This document shows positions 10,913 through 19,973 of a stretch of DNA of 64,000 nucleotides, one piece after another. Each line of letters starts with the position of its first letter. Within the stretch, counting starts at the first letter, position 1. The stretch is from Nitrospirota bacterium (lineage in GTDB: Bacteria; Nitrospirota; Thermodesulfovibrionia; Thermodesulfovibrionales; Dissulfurispiraceae). The notes under the pieces were generated by a model. The model was given only the letters and a program-made list of their open reading frames with translations, was not told the origin of the DNA and made no database searches. A program made the translations under genes and the position numbers. The stretch spans positions 160,001 through 224,000 of the forward strand of contig CAVPZX010000005.1 in the NCBI GenBank assembly GCA_963710375.1. The letters run 5' to 3'.

Positions 10913-12062
10913 TTATTTCCACTTTACGCCACGGAAAATCGCGTCCCTGTTTATGCTGTCTTTATGCGCTTCGATAACCTTCAGCATATTGTCGAGGACG
11001 GCATCGGTTAGGAAGTGAGGCTCAAGGCCCAATTCAAGCAGACCTGAATATTTGGGGTTGTAATAATGTTCTTCCTTTTCAATTCTAGGATTTTCAATAT
11101 GCTTGACTTTAATATGGTAACCCATTCGTTTGCCGGCGTCCCGCACTCTTTCGGCGAGTTGATTGACACTGAACATTTCTGTAACTTGATTAAATATCCT
11201 GAGTTCGCCGGCAGGCTGCAGGGTGCATAGCTGACAAATAGACGCACTGCATGGAATCCCTGATATTCAAATAACCCCGTGTCTGCCCGCCCTTTCCGTA
11301 CACCGTAAGCGGATGGCCGGAAACAGCCTGCACTAAAAACCGGTTTAAAACAGTCCCGAAAATCTCATCATAGTGGAAATTAGGCATTAAACGTTCATCC
11401 ATGTCAACCTCTTCAGTGGAGATACCATATACCGGTCCCTGCATGAGGTCTGTAACGCGTAACTTCCAGTTTCTGACGTAGAACCACAAAAGGTCTGTAT
11501 CCTGTATCTTAGTTGTATGGTATAGGGACCCAGCTTGCCTGGGAAACAGGAATTTATCGCGTTTGCCCTTATGATCAATTTCGAGCCAACCTTCTTCTAT
11601 GTCTATGTTGGGGGTTCCGTATTCGCCCATCGTTCCCAGTTTCACGATGTGGCACTCCGGAGCAAACTCTTTTACTGCATAAACCACATTAAGAGTTCCT
11701 GAAAGATTATTTTGCAGCGTGAAAGCCGCGGTATCCCTGCTTATCATTGAATAAGGCGCAGATGGCTGTTCGGCATAATGGATTACAGCATCAGGATGAT
11801 ATTCATTAAAGATCTTTGACAGAAATGCGTATTCGGTAATATCGCCAATACATATCTTGATTTTTTTTCCTGTAAGACCCCGCCATAAATCTGCTCTCAG
11901 CTTTAGATTGGGGCAGTGAATTAACGGTTCACAATCGAGTTCCATAGCGGCCTTTCGTTTAAAATAATTGTCTACAATAATGACCTTATGTCCCCTATTT
12001 GAGAAATACATTGCTGTGGGCCACCCGAGATAGCCATCGCCGCCTAATATCAGAACTCTCAT
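10913..12062 (-). pseudogene. sqdB: UDP-sulfoquinovose synthase-like (SqdB/SQD1) epimerase, apparent +1 frameshift near 11215
   Basis: GGDGYLGWPTA, AEQPSAPYSM, KLGTMGEYGTPN, GKGGQTRG; removing one base gives ..PA.AGELRIFNQVTEMFSVN joining ORF 10913 (NPRIEKEEHYY). Confidence 0.8.
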
Positions 12063-13147
12063 GAATTATGCCGTCCCGGTAATTTAATGTAGACGTTTTC
12101 CGGTAACACATTCGGGAGCATGAGAAATGATACGATCTCGTTTTTTTTCATAGGAAGAATGTTTGCTGAATTATAGGTCTGGAGAACCGGAGTGAGTGAA
12201 ATATCCCTATAGGTATAATCGATATCCATATATATATTCTTGAAGGCCGGTAAAACGACAAGGAATTGTTCGGAATCGAAAGCCCTCCTGGTTTCTTCAT
12301 CATTCATAAGTTCTTCGTAAAATTTTTCTCCCGGCCGCGCACCGACTTCAACAATTGCCATTTTTTCAGGATGATGGTTATATAATGGGGCTAAAAGGGA
12401 TATCATCGCTTCTGCCAAGTCTTTTATATTTAATACCGGCATCTTTGTAATAAACACTTCACCGCCTTTAGCCAGGAACATACTTGTTATAATGAGACAT
12501 ACAGCATCCTCAAGAGTCATTACAAAGCGTGTCATTGTCCGGTCTGTCAGAGTTATCGGACCGCCTTTCATTATCTGCCTGCAAAAAATAGGTATCACCG
12601 ATCCGCTTGAGCCGGCAACATTTCCAAACCGTGTTGACGCAAATGTAGGCGGCTTGTCTTTCTGGCGCAAGGCATTAGCGGCTGTTATAAGGCGTTCTCC
12701 CATTAGTTTAGATGTCCCCATTACATTCGTTGGATTAACTGCCTTATCGGAACTTGTGAATAAAACCTTGCGGACCCTGTTTGCAAGTGCGGATTTGATA
12801 ACATTCTGCACACCGATTATGTTTGTCTGTACCGCATCAAAAGGGGACCGCTCACACAGAGAAACGTGTTTATAAGCTGCAGCATGAAAGACGAAATCGA
12901 GGCCCTCAAACATGTGCATCATCTTTTCATCATCTCTTACATCAGCCAGAAAAGCCTGAAACCCGGGTTCGTCCCTATATGATTCTTCAAGGGAAAAAAG
13001 TGCGCTTTCATTATTGTCCAGGGCTCTAACTTCTTTAGGGGAATATTGCAGCAGTTGCCGCACTAACTCCTGACCGATTGTCCCAGCGGCACCCGTAACA
13101 GCTATGCTGCAATTTTTAAAAAAGGCATCCAACGTCAACATCGTCAC
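12059..13147 (-). CDS. UDP-HexNAc 4,6-dehydratase family (Polysacc_synt_2; PseB/FnlA/CapD-like)
   Basis: TGAAGTIG, FHAAAYKHV, SSDKAVNP, RFGNV..S.GSVIP, MTRF, RPGEK. Confidence 0.9.
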   Translation of the reverse strand: MTMLTLDAFFKNCSIAVTGAAGTIGQELVRQLLQYSPKEVRALDNNESALFSLEESYRDEPGFQAFLADVRDDEKMMHMFEGLDFVFHAAAYKHVSLCERSPFDAVQTNIIGVQNVIKSALANRVRKVLFTSSDKAVNPTNVMGTSKLMGERLITAANALRQKDKPPTFASTRFGNVAGSSGSVIPIFCRQIMKGGPITLTDRTMTRFVMTLEDAVCLIITSMFLAKGGEVFITKMPVLNIKDLAEAMISLLAPLYNHHPEKMAIVEVGARPGEKFYEELMNDEETRRAFDSEQFLVVLPAFKNIYMDIDYTYRDISLTPVLQTYNSANILPMKKNEIVSFLMLPNVLPENVYIKLPGRHNS

Positions 13148-13511
13148 GATTTATTTACACCTAATTCTCTTCCCTTAAAAGGGGGAGCATTGACGTTATT
13201 CGCTATCATTGACTCTTTTCACTCAGCGACAACTTTCCAGCCACTCAACTGTTTGTAATATAATATCACTTTTGCCCAAAATAATTTGAAAAAAACTAAC
13301 ACTCTTTTATAACGCTTCTGCCGATCCACGGAGGGACAACTATAATTGCATTTTGCAGCATATTCAACTGCTTCCTGCAACTGTTTCCCGGAAAAGTTAA
13401 AACATCCGCACGTTCGGGGGAAAATGAAGCAATGAATGAAATACTCGACCTTTTTAAAATGAGCATGCGATATGTTATTTTAAATGTACTCAAAGTAAGG
13501 AGGCGGACGTC

Positions 13512-13964
13512 ATGCAGGGAAGCATAGTTTCCATAAATGTCAGCGATAAAAAGGGCGTAAGAAAAAAGCCTGTCGATGAAGTTACAATCGGCGAAAACTT
13601 CGGAATCGAGGGTGATGCCCATGCTTCATCGGAATGGCACAGGCAGGTAAGCCTGCTCGCTCTTGAGAGCATACAAAAAATGCAGGCAATGGGACTCAAG
13701 GTCCAGCCTGGTGATTTTGCCGAGAACATTACTACGGAGGGGCTCGATCTCCCCGCTCTTCCAATCGGCACAAGGATTCGCCTTGGCAGTGACGTTATCG
13801 GCGAGGTAAGCCAAATCGGCAAGGAATGCCATACGCGGTGCGCTATTTACTACGAGGCTGGTGATTGTGTAATGCCGAAAGAAGGTATTTTTATATGGAT
13901 ACTAAAGGGCGGCGTGGTCAGAAAAGGAGATAAAATAGACGTTAGCATGCGTGACACTTTATGA
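13512..13964 (+). CDS. MOSC domain protein
   Basis: GDAHA..WHRQVSLL, GDFAEN, QIGKECH..C.I....G.C.MP.EG. Confidence 0.9.
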   Translation: MQGSIVSINVSDKKGVRKKPVDEVTIGENFGIEGDAHASSEWHRQVSLLALESIQKMQAMGLKVQPGDFAENITTEGLDLPALPIGTRIRLGSDVIGEVSQIGKECHTRCAIYYEAGDCVMPKEGIFIWILKGGVVRKGDKIDVSMRDTL

Positions 13965-14440
13965 TCACCGTTGCTGTGCTTACATTGAGTGATAAAGGCT
14001 CCAGGGGGGAGCGGGCGGACCAGAGCGGACCCTTGATCGCAGATATCATTAAAGGTATAGGCAGAATCGACTATTATGATACGCTGCCCGATGAGCGGGA
14101 GTTGATAAAAAAGAGACTCCTGGAATATGCCGGCAAGGTAGACCTTGTCCTTACTACCGGCGGCACCGGTCTTTCTCCAAGGGATGTGACTCCGGAGGCA
14201 ACGCTTGATGTGATCGAACGGCAGGTGCCGGGCATTGCAGAGGCCATGAGGATGGAGGGGATGAAAAAGACCGGCAGGTCAATGCTGTCAAGAGCTGTTG
14301 CTGGTGTGAAAGGACAAACGTTGATCATAAACCTGCCAGGGAGCCCCAAAGCGGTCAAGGAAAATCTTGAGACGATTCTTGAGGTCCTTCCCCACGCTGT
14401 TGAGAAAATAAAAGGCGACACCAAGGATTGCGCGCGATGA
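13961..14440 (+). CDS. mogA: Molybdopterin adenylyltransferase MogA/MoaB
   Basis: SDKG, TTGGTG..PRDVTPEAT, SRA, NLPGSPK. Confidence 0.92.
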   Translation: MITVAVLTLSDKGSRGERADQSGPLIADIIKGIGRIDYYDTLPDERELIKKRLLEYAGKVDLVLTTGGTGLSPRDVTPEATLDVIERQVPGIAEAMRMEGMKKTGRSMLSRAVAGVKGQTLIINLPGSPKAVKENLETILEVLPHAVEKIKGDTKDCAR

Positions 14441-15147
14441 AAGACGTCTCTTTTACCCTGTCTTTTTTTGCAGGAGTCCTTTCGTTTCTTTCCCCCTGTG
14501 TTTTGCCGCTCGTCCCTGCATATCTTTCGTTTGTGACAGGGCTTTCCCTGGCAGAGCTTAAATCATCTCCACGCCTGTCAAAGGCCATGGGCAACACGTT
14601 TGCCTTCATAATGGGATTTTCGACGATTTTTGTTGCGCTCGGCGCCTCTTCATCTTTCATTGGCAGCCTGTTCCTGAGGTATCAGGACTATCTCAGGATA
14701 GTGGGGGGCATCCTGACTATCGTATTCGGTTTCTTTATTGCCGGTTTTTTGAAACTTGATTTTCTTATGAGGGAAAAGAGATTCCATATGGATAAGGGGC
14801 CGGCGGGTTATGTTGGAGCATATTTAGTCGGTATGAGCTTTGCTGCCGGATGGACACCCTGTATTGGCCCTATTCTCGGCACTATCTTGATTTATGCAAG
14901 TTCAAAGGCATCGGCAACGTACGGCTTGAAACTCCTTTCCGTTTACTCACTGGGGCTTGCCATTCCGTTTATACTTTCGACACTTGCCATCAATGCGTTT
15001 CTAAGCCATGCAAAAAAGATTTATAAATTCATGAATGTAATAATGATTTTCAGTGGTCTGATATTGATAGCATTCGGCATTATGCTTTTGACCAACAGGG
15101 TCAGTATGCTGTCAGCCATGCTTCCCGATTTGGGAATTAAGTTTTGA
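14428..15147 (+). CDS. ccdA: Cytochrome c biogenesis protein CcdA
   Basis: FLSPCVLPLVP and WTPCIGPILG. Confidence 0.93.
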   Translation: MRAMKDVSFTLSFFAGVLSFLSPCVLPLVPAYLSFVTGLSLAELKSSPRLSKAMGNTFAFIMGFSTIFVALGASSSFIGSLFLRYQDYLRIVGGILTIVFGFFIAGFLKLDFLMREKRFHMDKGPAGYVGAYLVGMSFAAGWTPCIGPILGTILIYASSKASATYGLKLLSVYSLGLAIPFILSTLAINAFLSHAKKIYKFMNVIMIFSGLILIAFGIMLLTNRVSMLSAMLPDLGIKF

Positions 15148-15152
15148 GGACG

Positions 15153-15288
15153 AAAGATGGAAGGTGAGAGCGTGAGAAGTTGTGAAGGTGAGAGTAAAAC
15201 AGAAGTTGAGAAGTTGAGAAGTTGTGAGGTTGGGATTTTGCTCATCTTCGCACCTTCGCACCTTCTCACGCTCTCAACTTCCATCTTT
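15153..15288. repeat. Octamer (GAAGTTGA family) hairpin element at the lptE 5' end
   Basis: aaagatggaaggtgagagcgtgagaag... / ...cttctcacgctctcaacttccatcttt. Confidence 0.9.
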
Positions 15289-16146
15289 TGTTTCTGCTGC
15301 ATTCTTTGTTCCGGCTGCGGGTATACCATTCAAACGAGGGCCAACCTTCCCTTTGAGACCATTTCTATCGGCACGATAGAGAATAAAACATCTGAGCCCA
15401 AACTTCAGGACAGGTGTCACGTGGCATTGGCAGAGACCTTTTCCCAACACGGTTACGAGGTAAGCTCCATTGCCCGCTACAGGCTCCAGGGTGAGATATA
15501 CCGGTTCGAGTTGATCCCTACAACCGAAGTGAACCTCGCTGCGACACAATATCAGATCGTGATGAAGGGGAGCTTTAAACTTGTTGATACGGAAAGCGGC
15601 AAATCGATTCCACTTGGGGCGGACAGCCCGTTTATCACTTATTTCAACGCTAACACCACTGACCCGCTCGAGGAAATTATGACACAAAAAGAGCTCGCGG
15701 AGGCCAGCGCTATGGCAAATCTGGCGCAGACGTTAGTCAGCCTTGTTACTTACAATACTCCCAAAAATTTTGCGAGCCTGCTGTTTAAGCCTGACGATAT
15801 AAAAAATGTGGAGGGCCTTATCGTCAAGCTGAGGGATGCAAAAGACCCGCTCTCGGAATATTTACGGGACCAATTTACTCCGGACCTTCAACGCAAAATA
15901 GATGCCTATAACCAGTTCGATTATTCGGCAAAGGAGCTCAAGACTGCACTGGCCAATGCGTTAAACAGTATAATCCAGAACAAGGACATTTTTGATGAAA
16001 AGCGTTTTGCCCATGTCATGCTCAGCGATGAGACCATGCAGCTTATCAGACAGAATGCGCAAGGCGGTAATCGGGTGAAACTCAACCGGATACTTCTTGA
16101 GGAGGCGTATCCGGACGAACTGCAAAAACCGGCAGGCAATAGGTAA
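15157..16146 (+). CDS. lptE: LptE-like LPS assembly lipoprotein with a repeat-encoded N-terminus and an extra C-terminal domain
   Basis: Lipobox-like CSGC followed by GY; ENKT.EP; position directly upstream of holA. Confidence 0.7.
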   Translation: MEGESVRSCEGESKTEVEKLRSCEVGILLIFAPSHLLTLSTSIFCFCCILCSGCGYTIQTRANLPFETISIGTIENKTSEPKLQDRCHVALAETFSQHGYEVSSIARYRLQGEIYRFELIPTTEVNLAATQYQIVMKGSFKLVDTESGKSIPLGADSPFITYFNANTTDPLEEIMTQKELAEASAMANLAQTLVSLVTYNTPKNFASLLFKPDDIKNVEGLIVKLRDAKDPLSEYLRDQFTPDLQRKIDAYNQFDYSAKELKTALANALNSIIQNKDIFDEKRFAHVMLSDETMQLIRQNAQGGNRVKLNRILLEEAYPDELQKPAGNR

Positions 16147-16156
16147 TGGAAAATAT

Positions 16157-16241
16157 GAAGGTGAGAAGATGGGAAGTTGCGAAGTTGAGCAAACCGGCCT
16201 TCGTAAGTCACACCTTCACACGTTCTCAACTTCTCATCTTC
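16157..16241. repeat. Octamer hairpin element between lptE and holA
   Basis: gaaggtga gaagatgg gaagttgc gaagttga ... caccttc acacgttc tcaacttc tcatcttc. Confidence 0.9.
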
Positions 16242-16250
16242 GGATATTGA

Positions 16251-17153
16251 ATGAGCATAAAGCAATTTCATCAGGAACTTTCCAAGGGGATGCCCTCCCC
16301 GGTGTATCTCTTATACTCATCAGAAGATTTTCTGCTCTATGAGGCTATCTCCGGAATAAAAGAGCAGTGTAGGGATACAGTTGGATTTAATTTTGACGTG
16401 TACGACATTAAGTCGCCTGACGATACGATTCCGGTAGAACAGATTGTGGATATCGTGAACACGATGCCGTTTATATCCGCGCGAAGGATAGTTGTTATCA
16501 ACAACATACAGAAACTTGCCAAAAAGGATGTGCAAAAGATCGAGGCTTACCTGCTTAATCCTGCTGATACTGCGCTTTTGGTAATGCTCCATACAGGTGC
16601 ATCGCCAAAGCTTTTTAGTGCAGCGGCATCAGGAAGCATTAAGACAATTGCTCTTACAGTCCAGGAAAAGGACCTTCACCTGTGGATAAAGGAGCAGGCC
16701 AAACAGAAGAAGGTGCGCCTTACCGACAGCGCGGTCGAATATCTTATTACTATGGCCGGGACTGACCTTGGCATGCTCTCTGCAGAAATAGAAAAGCTTG
16801 CATGTTTTATCAGCGACCGTGTCATTGACGTTGCCGACCTGAAGAGCATCATCTATTCTGGAGTTGAGTATACCGCCTTTGACCTTCTTGATGCGCTTAA
16901 GAGAAAAGATGCGAAGGAGGTATTCAGGATATTTGAGAACGTCACTAAAAATCAGGAACCTCAAATGCTGCTCGGCGCTCTGAATTATTATTATGGACGG
17001 CAAGGGTACGCTTACCAGAAAAAAGATGCATCCGGGCCGGTCCAGACAGTCCGGCTCTTGCATGAGGCGGACTTTGCGATAAAGTCATCGCACAAGTATG
17101 TTATCGAAGATCTGCTTGTTAAGCTGCTTAAAACTCCGAAGATGAGAAGTTGA
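16251..17153 (+). CDS. holA: DNA polymerase III delta subunit
   Basis: PVYLL..E.FL, T.PF....R.V, EIEKL; lptE-holA-rpsT context. Confidence 0.9.
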   Translation: MSIKQFHQELSKGMPSPVYLLYSSEDFLLYEAISGIKEQCRDTVGFNFDVYDIKSPDDTIPVEQIVDIVNTMPFISARRIVVINNIQKLAKKDVQKIEAYLLNPADTALLVMLHTGASPKLFSAAASGSIKTIALTVQEKDLHLWIKEQAKQKKVRLTDSAVEYLITMAGTDLGMLSAEIEKLACFISDRVIDVADLKSIIYSGVEYTAFDLLDALKRKDAKEVFRIFENVTKNQEPQMLLGALNYYYGRQGYAYQKKDASGPVQTVRLLHEADFAIKSSHKYVIEDLLVKLLKTPKMRS

Positions 17154-17205
17154 GAAGATGTGAAGGTGTGATCTCAATTTCCCAACCTCCCAACTTCTCA
17201 CCTTC
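17138..17205. repeat. Octamer hairpin element overlapping the holA and rpsT stop codons
   Basis: gaagatga gaagttga gaagatgt gaaggtgt / tcaatttc ccaacctc ccaacttc tcaccttc. Confidence 0.9.
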
Positions 17206-17494
17206 AATCTTTTTTCTGCGCTGCGTTTGCTTTTTTTGCGAGCTTTGAGATCTTTCTGGATGCGGTATTCTTATGAATTATACCCTTAGACGCAGCAGTG
17301 CTGATAGTGCTGACAGCCTCTTTCAAAGCCTTTCCTATCTCTTCTTTGTTTTTTCCGGATAGCACGGACTCTGCTTTTTTGGTTTGGGTCTTTATGCTTG
17401 CCCGCACCGACTGACCGCGCAGTCTTCTTTTTTCATCCTGGCGGGCTTTCTTTATAGCCGAGAGATTTTTTTTAGGTGCTGACTTAGCTGCCAC
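17204..17494 (-). CDS. rpsT: 30S ribosomal protein S20
   Basis: SAIKKARQ..KRR, KGIIHKNTASRKISKL; GTG start behind AGGAGG. Confidence 0.95.
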   Translation of the reverse strand: MAAKSAPKKNLSAIKKARQDEKRRLRGQSVRASIKTQTKKAESVLSGKNKEEIGKALKEAVSTISTAASKGIIHKNTASRKISKLAKKANAAQKKD

Positions 17495-17510
17495 TATATA
17501 TCCTCCTCGT

Positions 17511-17677
17511 GACGGTCTCGTAAAAAGCTCATATACTACGTTCCACCCCAGCAAGTCTGTGACTTGCCAGGGACCCCGGGCGTTGCACTGCGTACTCAGT
17601 CACTGCGGCGTACCCAACAGTACGCCTCATTCCTAAGTACTTGCGCGCCTTGCCTATGAACTTTTTACGAGACCGTC
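17511..17677. mobile_element. MITE-like palindromic element, 167 bp
   Basis: Perfect 17-bp TIR GACGGTCTCGTAAAAAG / CTTTTTACGAGACCGTC, internal stem ggcgtac..gtacgcc, no transposase. Confidence 0.7.
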
Positions 17678-17760
17678 TGTGCTTAATTTTGTTTGCTACG
17701 AAGTTATATTAATATCATAAATCTTAACAGAAAATCAATGTTTATGCTAAAATCTGTCAT

Positions 17761-18699
17761 ATGAAATATACTCCGGCTGACCCCAGCGGTCTAAAAACTT
17801 ATTCCATTACAGACCGCCACAGCAAAGTGTCCATAGATAAGGCGGCCCTCCCGCACACTAAGGGCGGTTCGCTCAAAGATTTCGCAGGCAGCCTCCCTGA
17901 CTTCCTTGCCGCAAGTGACATAAAAGCCGTAGTGCGGGCAGTGGTGCAGGCGTACAGAAACGGCAGGCCGGTGGTCCTGGGCATGGGAGCCCATGCAATA
18001 AAGGTGGGTCTCTCGCCATTGATCATTGATTTAATGCAGCGCGGAATTATTACCGCTGTCGCAGCAAACGGAGCCTGTATCATACACGATTTTGAGATTG
18101 CCTTTATCGGGCGTACCTCGGAGGATGTGGCGCAGGAGCTTTGCACCGGCTCCTTTGGCATGGGCAGGGAAACCGGCAGTATGCTGAACAAGGCCATCTC
18201 TGAAGGCGTAAAAAAGGGTGATGGGATAGGCCGCTCAGTGGGTTCATATATAGATGCTTCATCTTTTCCCTTTAAAGAGAAGAGCATTTTCGGCTGGGGC
18301 TTCAGGCTTGATATTCCCATGACCGTCCATGTTGCGCTGGGCGCAGATATTATTCATATGCATCCGGAGGCTGATGGTGCAAGTATTGGTAAGGGGAGCC
18401 TCAGGGATTTCAGGCTTTTTACCTCGGTTGCGGCCGATCTCGAAGGCGGAGTTTATATCAACCTCGGTTCAGCTGTTCTTCTGCCCGAGGTATTCCTTAA
18501 GGCCCTGAACAGTGCGCGGAATCTTGGAAACAGGGTTGAAGCGTTTACCACTGTAAACATGGATTTTGTCCAGCACTACCGCCCCCGCGAAAATGTACTG
18601 CACAGGCCGACAATGACGAAAGGGCAATGTTTTGCGCTCACAGGGCATCATGAGATAATGGTGCCGCTGCTGGCGGCGATGATAATCGAAGAATTATAA
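17761..18699 (+). CDS. Conserved protein, deoxyhypusine-synthase-like fold
   Basis: GAHAIKVGL, IHDFE, GSAV.LPEVFLKA, GHHEIM. Confidence 0.6.
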   Translation: MKYTPADPSGLKTYSITDRHSKVSIDKAALPHTKGGSLKDFAGSLPDFLAASDIKAVVRAVVQAYRNGRPVVLGMGAHAIKVGLSPLIIDLMQRGIITAVAANGACIIHDFEIAFIGRTSEDVAQELCTGSFGMGRETGSMLNKAISEGVKKGDGIGRSVGSYIDASSFPFKEKSIFGWGFRLDIPMTVHVALGADIIHMHPEADGASIGKGSLRDFRLFTSVAADLEGGVYINLGSAVLLPEVFLKALNSARNLGNRVEAFTTVNMDFVQHYRPRENVLHRPTMTKGQCFALTGHHEIMVPLLAAMIIEEL

Positions 18700-18713
18700 A
18701 AAAACAAAAAAGA

Positions 18714-18822
18714 AACCACAGAGACACGGAGACACAGAGAAATCAAATGATGGCTAATTAAAGAAAAGACTTTTTCTTTCTCTACTTGGAGCATATCTCT
18801 GTGCCTCTGTGTCTCTGTGGTT
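18714..18822. repeat. Octamer (CACAGAGA) hairpin element, copy 1
   Basis: aaccacagagacacggagacacagaga ... tctctgtgcctctgtgtctctgtggtt. Confidence 0.9.
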
Positions 18823-18853
18823 GATTTTGGTTTGGAAGGATTTTAGAGGAACC

Positions 18854-19045
18854 ATGACTGTTATAGTTGATGAAGAAAAGTGCATCGGCTGCGGCAATTG
18901 CGAGGAGATTTGTCCCGCTGTGTTCCACCTCAGCGAGATAACCGCTAAATCGGAAGTTATCGACGAAGAGGCATGCGAGTTCGTGGGCTGCTGCGAAGCT
19001 GCTGAAGAAAATTGCCCGGTTGAAGCGATAACCATTGAAGAATGA
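18854..19045 (+). CDS. Small ferredoxin
   Basis: CIGCGNCEEICP and distal CPVEAI. Confidence 0.9.
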   Translation: MTVIVDEEKCIGCGNCEEICPAVFHLSEITAKSEVIDEEACEFVGCCEAAEENCPVEAITIEE

Positions 19046-19698
19046 CCGCTGAAGAGCTCTCCGCAGCGTGGCCTCTCTTAACAAAGCAGGTAAAAAGTCT
19101 CAGTACTCCATGGCTAGAAAATTATGCCGGCAGTGACAGGAACCCTTTTAAAGTGCTTATTTCATGCCTTCTGAGCCTAAGGACACAGGACAAGACAACC
19201 GGCGAAGCGTCTGAAAGGCTGTTTGCCCTGGCATCGGTCCCTGAAGTGCTGGCCGGCCTACCGGTGAAGACAATAGAAAAAGCGATCTACCCGGTGGGGT
19301 TTTACCGCGTGAAGGCGCAGAGGATCAAGGCAATAAGCAGGGAAATAATTAAGCGGTATGGAGGAAAAGTGCCCGATACTATAGAAGAACTCCTCACCCT
19401 TAACGGCGTGGGCAGAAAGACCGCTAACCTTGTGGTTGTCCTGGGCTACGATAAACCCGGCATTTGCGTGGATACTCACGTGCATAGGATTACAAATAGA
19501 TGGGGATACGTTAAAACCAAGAGTCCTGACGAGACAGAGGTTGCTTTAAGAGAGAAGCTTCCCCGTAAATACTGGAAAGTCATTAACAGGCTTCTTGTGG
19601 CTTTTGGACAGAATATTTGCAAACCCATCTCGCCTTTATGCAGCATCTGCGGTCTTAACCAGTACTGTCAAAAAGTCAATGTTACGAGTCACCGCTAA
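19042..19698 (+). CDS. nth: Endonuclease III
   Basis: HhH L.GVGRKTAN, VDTHVHR, C-x6-C-x2-C-x5-C. Confidence 0.93.
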   Translation: MTAEELSAAWPLLTKQVKSLSTPWLENYAGSDRNPFKVLISCLLSLRTQDKTTGEASERLFALASVPEVLAGLPVKTIEKAIYPVGFYRVKAQRIKAISREIIKRYGGKVPDTIEELLTLNGVGRKTANLVVVLGYDKPGICVDTHVHRITNRWGYVKTKSPDETEVALREKLPRKYWKVINRLLVAFGQNICKPISPLCSICGLNQYCQKVNVTSHR

Positions 19699-19973
19699 TC
19701 TTAGCTGCATTAGTCAGTACAAACTCGCATCGTGAGCATTTCTGAAAAGTAAGTGGGGGCTTAGGGCAAATATAAGGATTCGGCGGCACCGGCGGAAGTA
19801 TCGCCGGAGGGGGGAATGGCGATAACAACGGCGGAAACGGCAAAGCGATAAATTATGGGTAAACTCAAAAAAACTCGTTGAGGCCGGTGAAAAAATAGAT
19901 TAACGAAAGAGGATAAATGTGCATATTTCAGAGGCATCGGAATGCAAAATTTGCAGTTCGGGTATAGGGCGAT

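Noticed and set aside
17495..17554. N-terminal extension of S20 in the ORF track
   Set aside because: It runs into the MITE-like element; the GTG at 17494 has a proper RBS.
19780..19850. GC-rich GGCGG runs in the nth downstream spacer
   Set aside because: No consistent period, stem or ORF could be supported.
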